In this document: piece after piece, positions 61,041-64,000 of the stretch | Numbering within the stretch: the stretch's first letter is position 1 | Layout of the letters: the number at the start of each line of letters is the position of its first letter | Source: Podospora anserina | Taxonomy: Eukaryota | DNA: 64,000 bases | Assembly (NCBI GenBank): GCA_017654855.1 | Contig: CM030334.1 | Span: forward strand, 4,030,001-4,094,000 | Direction of reading: 5' to 3' | Program-made: the position numbers and the translations under genes | The notes under the pieces: model-generated | The model's database searches: none | What the model was told of the DNA's origin: nothing | What the model saw: the letters and a program-made list of their open reading frames with translations, nothing else

Positions 61041-62869
61041 ATGATACGCTCTTTTCTGTTAGTGGCCGCTGTGGCCTCGGCGACTTCGGCCCGTGTGATG
61101 GATAGTCTTGCAGCTGTCCCGAGGGGGTGGGAATCAGTCCGTCCAGCGTTGCCAGAAGAGACGGTATCTCTTCGCATTGCCCTCAAACAGCAGCGAGCTG
61201 AAGCCCTGGAACAAGCCGTCCTCGATATCTCGACTCCCGGACATCCCAAATACGGCAGACACCTAACCCGCGATGAGCTCAGGTCCTACACAACTCCCTC
61301 CCAGTCAGCCACTCTCGCCGTCACCCGTTGGCTCGAGGATCACAACATCCAGACTGCGGTTGCCGACAATGACTGGGTTACCTTCAGCACCACGGTCGAA
61401 AACGCCAGCCATCTTCTCAAGACGGATTTTGCCTGGTATCGGAACGTCGAGAACAACATCGAGCTCAAGCTGCGGACACTTGCCTACTCGGTGCCAGATG
61501 AGGTGGCACCACACATTGATCTGGTGCAGCCCACCACTCGGTTCGGCCAGCCTGTTGCCAAACGGTCCACCATCTTCGAGATGCACCATCTTGATGCCAA
61601 TGCTGCCAATAAGATCAAGCTTGCCGCCGCCGGCCAAGCAAACTGCAACCTTACCATCACCCCGGATTGTCTCAAGTGGCTGTACGACATCAAGTACAAA
61701 CCCACAGATTCGATTGAGAACACGATTGCATTTGCTTCGTTTTTGGAGCAGTACGCCCGCTATGACGACTTCCAGACGTTTCAGAGCAGGTATATTCCAG
61801 AAGCGCAGGGGCAGAACTTCACTGTCGAGCTGGTTAACGGCGGTTTGGATGATCAAAATAGCTGGCGTGACAGTGGTGAGTAGTACCATGGCCGTTTCTC
61901 AAAGTGCTTGCCGACTCACATACGTATCTTGCCCGCACAGGTGAAGCAAACCTCGATGTCCAGTACATCCACGCAGTCAGCCACCCTGCTCCCATACTCC
62001 AATACAGCACGGGCGGGCGCGGTCCCCTGATCCCCACCAAGACCCAGCCCAAGCCCCCGGGCACCAACGAGCCTTATCTCGAATGGCTCACCTACCTCCT
62101 CAACCAGACCGACGACAAGATACCCAAGGTCATCTCGGTCTCGTACGGCGAAGAGGAACAGTCGATTCCCCGTGACTACGCCGTCAAGGTCTGCAACATG
62201 TTCATGCAGCTCGGAGGACGTGGTGTCTCGGTCATCTTTGCGTCGGGGGACTCAGGTCCAGGCACGCATTGCATCCGTAGCACGGACAATGCGACCTTCT
62301 TTGAGCCAACCTTCCCGGCCGGCTGCCCCTATGTCACCTCGGTGGGGGCCACGTACCTCACCAACCCCGAGAAAGCCATCAGCTTCTCGTCTGGCGGCTT
62401 CAGCATGTATCACCCAAGACCGCAGTGGCAGAGGACGGCCGTGGAGCCGTACCTGCGAACGATTGGAGACACGTATGCGCCCTACTTTGACCCCCGCGGC
62501 AGGGCCATACCGGACATCTCAGCTCAGGGGTCCAACTTCAATGTCATTGACAAGGGATACAACTCGCTGCTGTCAGGCACGAGCGCTTCGGCGCCGGTGG
62601 TGGCCGGGATTGTGGGCCTGTTGAACGCGGCGAGATATACACTGGGGTTGCCGTCGCTGGGGTTCTTGAACCCGTGGTTGTACAACAATTCGGATGCTTT
62701 CACCGATGTGGTTGCCGGGGCTGGAGTCGGGTGCCGAAGGCGTAAGGAGCTGGGGTACGGCGGCGCGTCCTGGAATGCCACGGTGGGTTGGGATCCGGTG
62801 ACGGGGTTGGGCACGCCCAAGTTTGGAAGACTGTTGCAGCTGGCGGCCCCGGGGGTTGCCAATGCCTAG
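61041..62869 (+). CDS. Secreted sedolisin/tripeptidyl-peptidase (peptidase S53)
   Basis: Signal peptide and pro-domain (STPGHPKYG.HL); intron 61876-61940. Catalytic GEANLD, SGDSG, GTSAS; Ca-site GWDPVTGLGTP. Confidence 0.95.
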
Positions 62870-64000
62870 AGCAAGAGGGGAAGGGCAGTGTTAGTGGGTA
62901 ATTAATAGTTTAGTTGTAGAGTTAATGAGGGATTGAGTCGCTCACTTTGAAAGAGACGTGAGGGGCAATCTGGGTCCATCTGCATGTGCATCTCTCAGGT
63001 TTGTGTAACGGGCTTGGATGACGTGTGAGTGGAATGTGTGGGTGGGAGGGTGGCTGCATTGCCCGTTGATCGGTGTCTTTGAGTTTGAGGCTGTCACCAA
63101 AGTCAACGGTGGCTAAAAATGGAGCCCTGGCTGGTTGACCGCGGCACCGGCTTCAGGGGGAGATGTGCCGGGGGGAAGGGGGACGCTGACTCCACTTTGT
63201 CGTTGGGCTCAGATTGACATTTGACAGATTCTTTCAATTTTGGTGGTTCATGATTGATGGGAATAACCGGCGGGAAGCAGCGTGGTGGTATTGGGCTGTT
63301 TATTTCATGCAAGGCGGCAAGGCGGTGCGAGGATGTGTACATGTATGGAGTTCGGTCGAGGCAGGTCATGATGCAGAATCTTGTTCTGGTGGTTGTTGTG
63401 CTGCATGATACCTGATCATGAGCACGAGATGAGAGTGTGGGCAACAAAGTGAGAAGAGAGGGCTTTTGGAGAGATTTTCTTGGGATTAAATGTTTCTTTA
63501 TTGACTGTTGCCCTGATCTTCTGTTTCAGGGCGCCAAGACTGGGCCTGTTTGTCAAAGTGGTGGGTGGTGGTGATGCGATGATGGCCCGCGCCGAGCAAA
63601 AGCTTCCCCAGCTCTTGGTGTTGCATCAGCTACTCGTACACCGCCCAACCTAGCCAAAAGCACTCCACTTGTTTGATCCAGACCAGACTCTCACACTTAT
63701 CGCAGCTCCATACCCAACCTACACCTGCAATTAGTGACGTGAGCTAAAAAGACGAGATAGCTCGCCAAAGAATAGAGACATCTCACAGTCAAATTGCTTG
63801 AACTGTGAAGAGTGTGTAGGTGCTGTGCCTGACCAAAGAAAAAAAAAACTATCGTCGATCGCGGTTTGGCAGCACAAAACGGGGGCCAGGACGGGGGACC
63901 CTTGGCGTCCAACCCTCCAATGCGCTAGCGCCCAGGCGGGATCCTTGGGTGGAGAGAGCACCAGTCGGCTTTTTCATCGCGTCCCTCTTTTTGGCTGCGG

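Overview
Gene-dense, intron-containing DNA from a filamentous ascomycete (GT-AG introns with CTRAC branch sites). Gene content and style suggest Sordariales, possibly Podospora-like; this is an inference. About 24 protein-coding genes are supported. Conserved or core genes lie at the flanks: an ARMH3/DUF1741-like protein, two conserved hypotheticals and a C2H2-like protein on the left; UTP5, BDF1, NADAR, a sugar porter and an S53 peptidase on the right. They bracket a ~30 kb run (18.0-47.9 kb) of 15 consecutive plus-strand genes enriched for secreted and surface proteins and transporters: two Alt a 1-like-fold proteins, an AA7/BBE oxidase, an AA13 LPMO-CBM20, a GH5 mannanase, a small 6-Cys peptide, DUF2828, F-box, CorA-like, three MFS and others. 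The strongest finding is a secreted, GPI-type gene (35575-36846) whose otherwise intact frame is broken by one in-frame TAG in a context favoured by Sordariomycete sexual-stage A-to-I editing, making it a candidate premature-stop-corrected gene. Other notable items are a spliced 5' leader with a stop-interrupted in-frame extension, a three-domain secreted protein with equivalent phase-2 introns, tandem AmyR-type sites upstream of the starch LPMO, and a possible decayed ankyrin gene. No tRNA, rRNA, transposon or CRISPR array was recognised.
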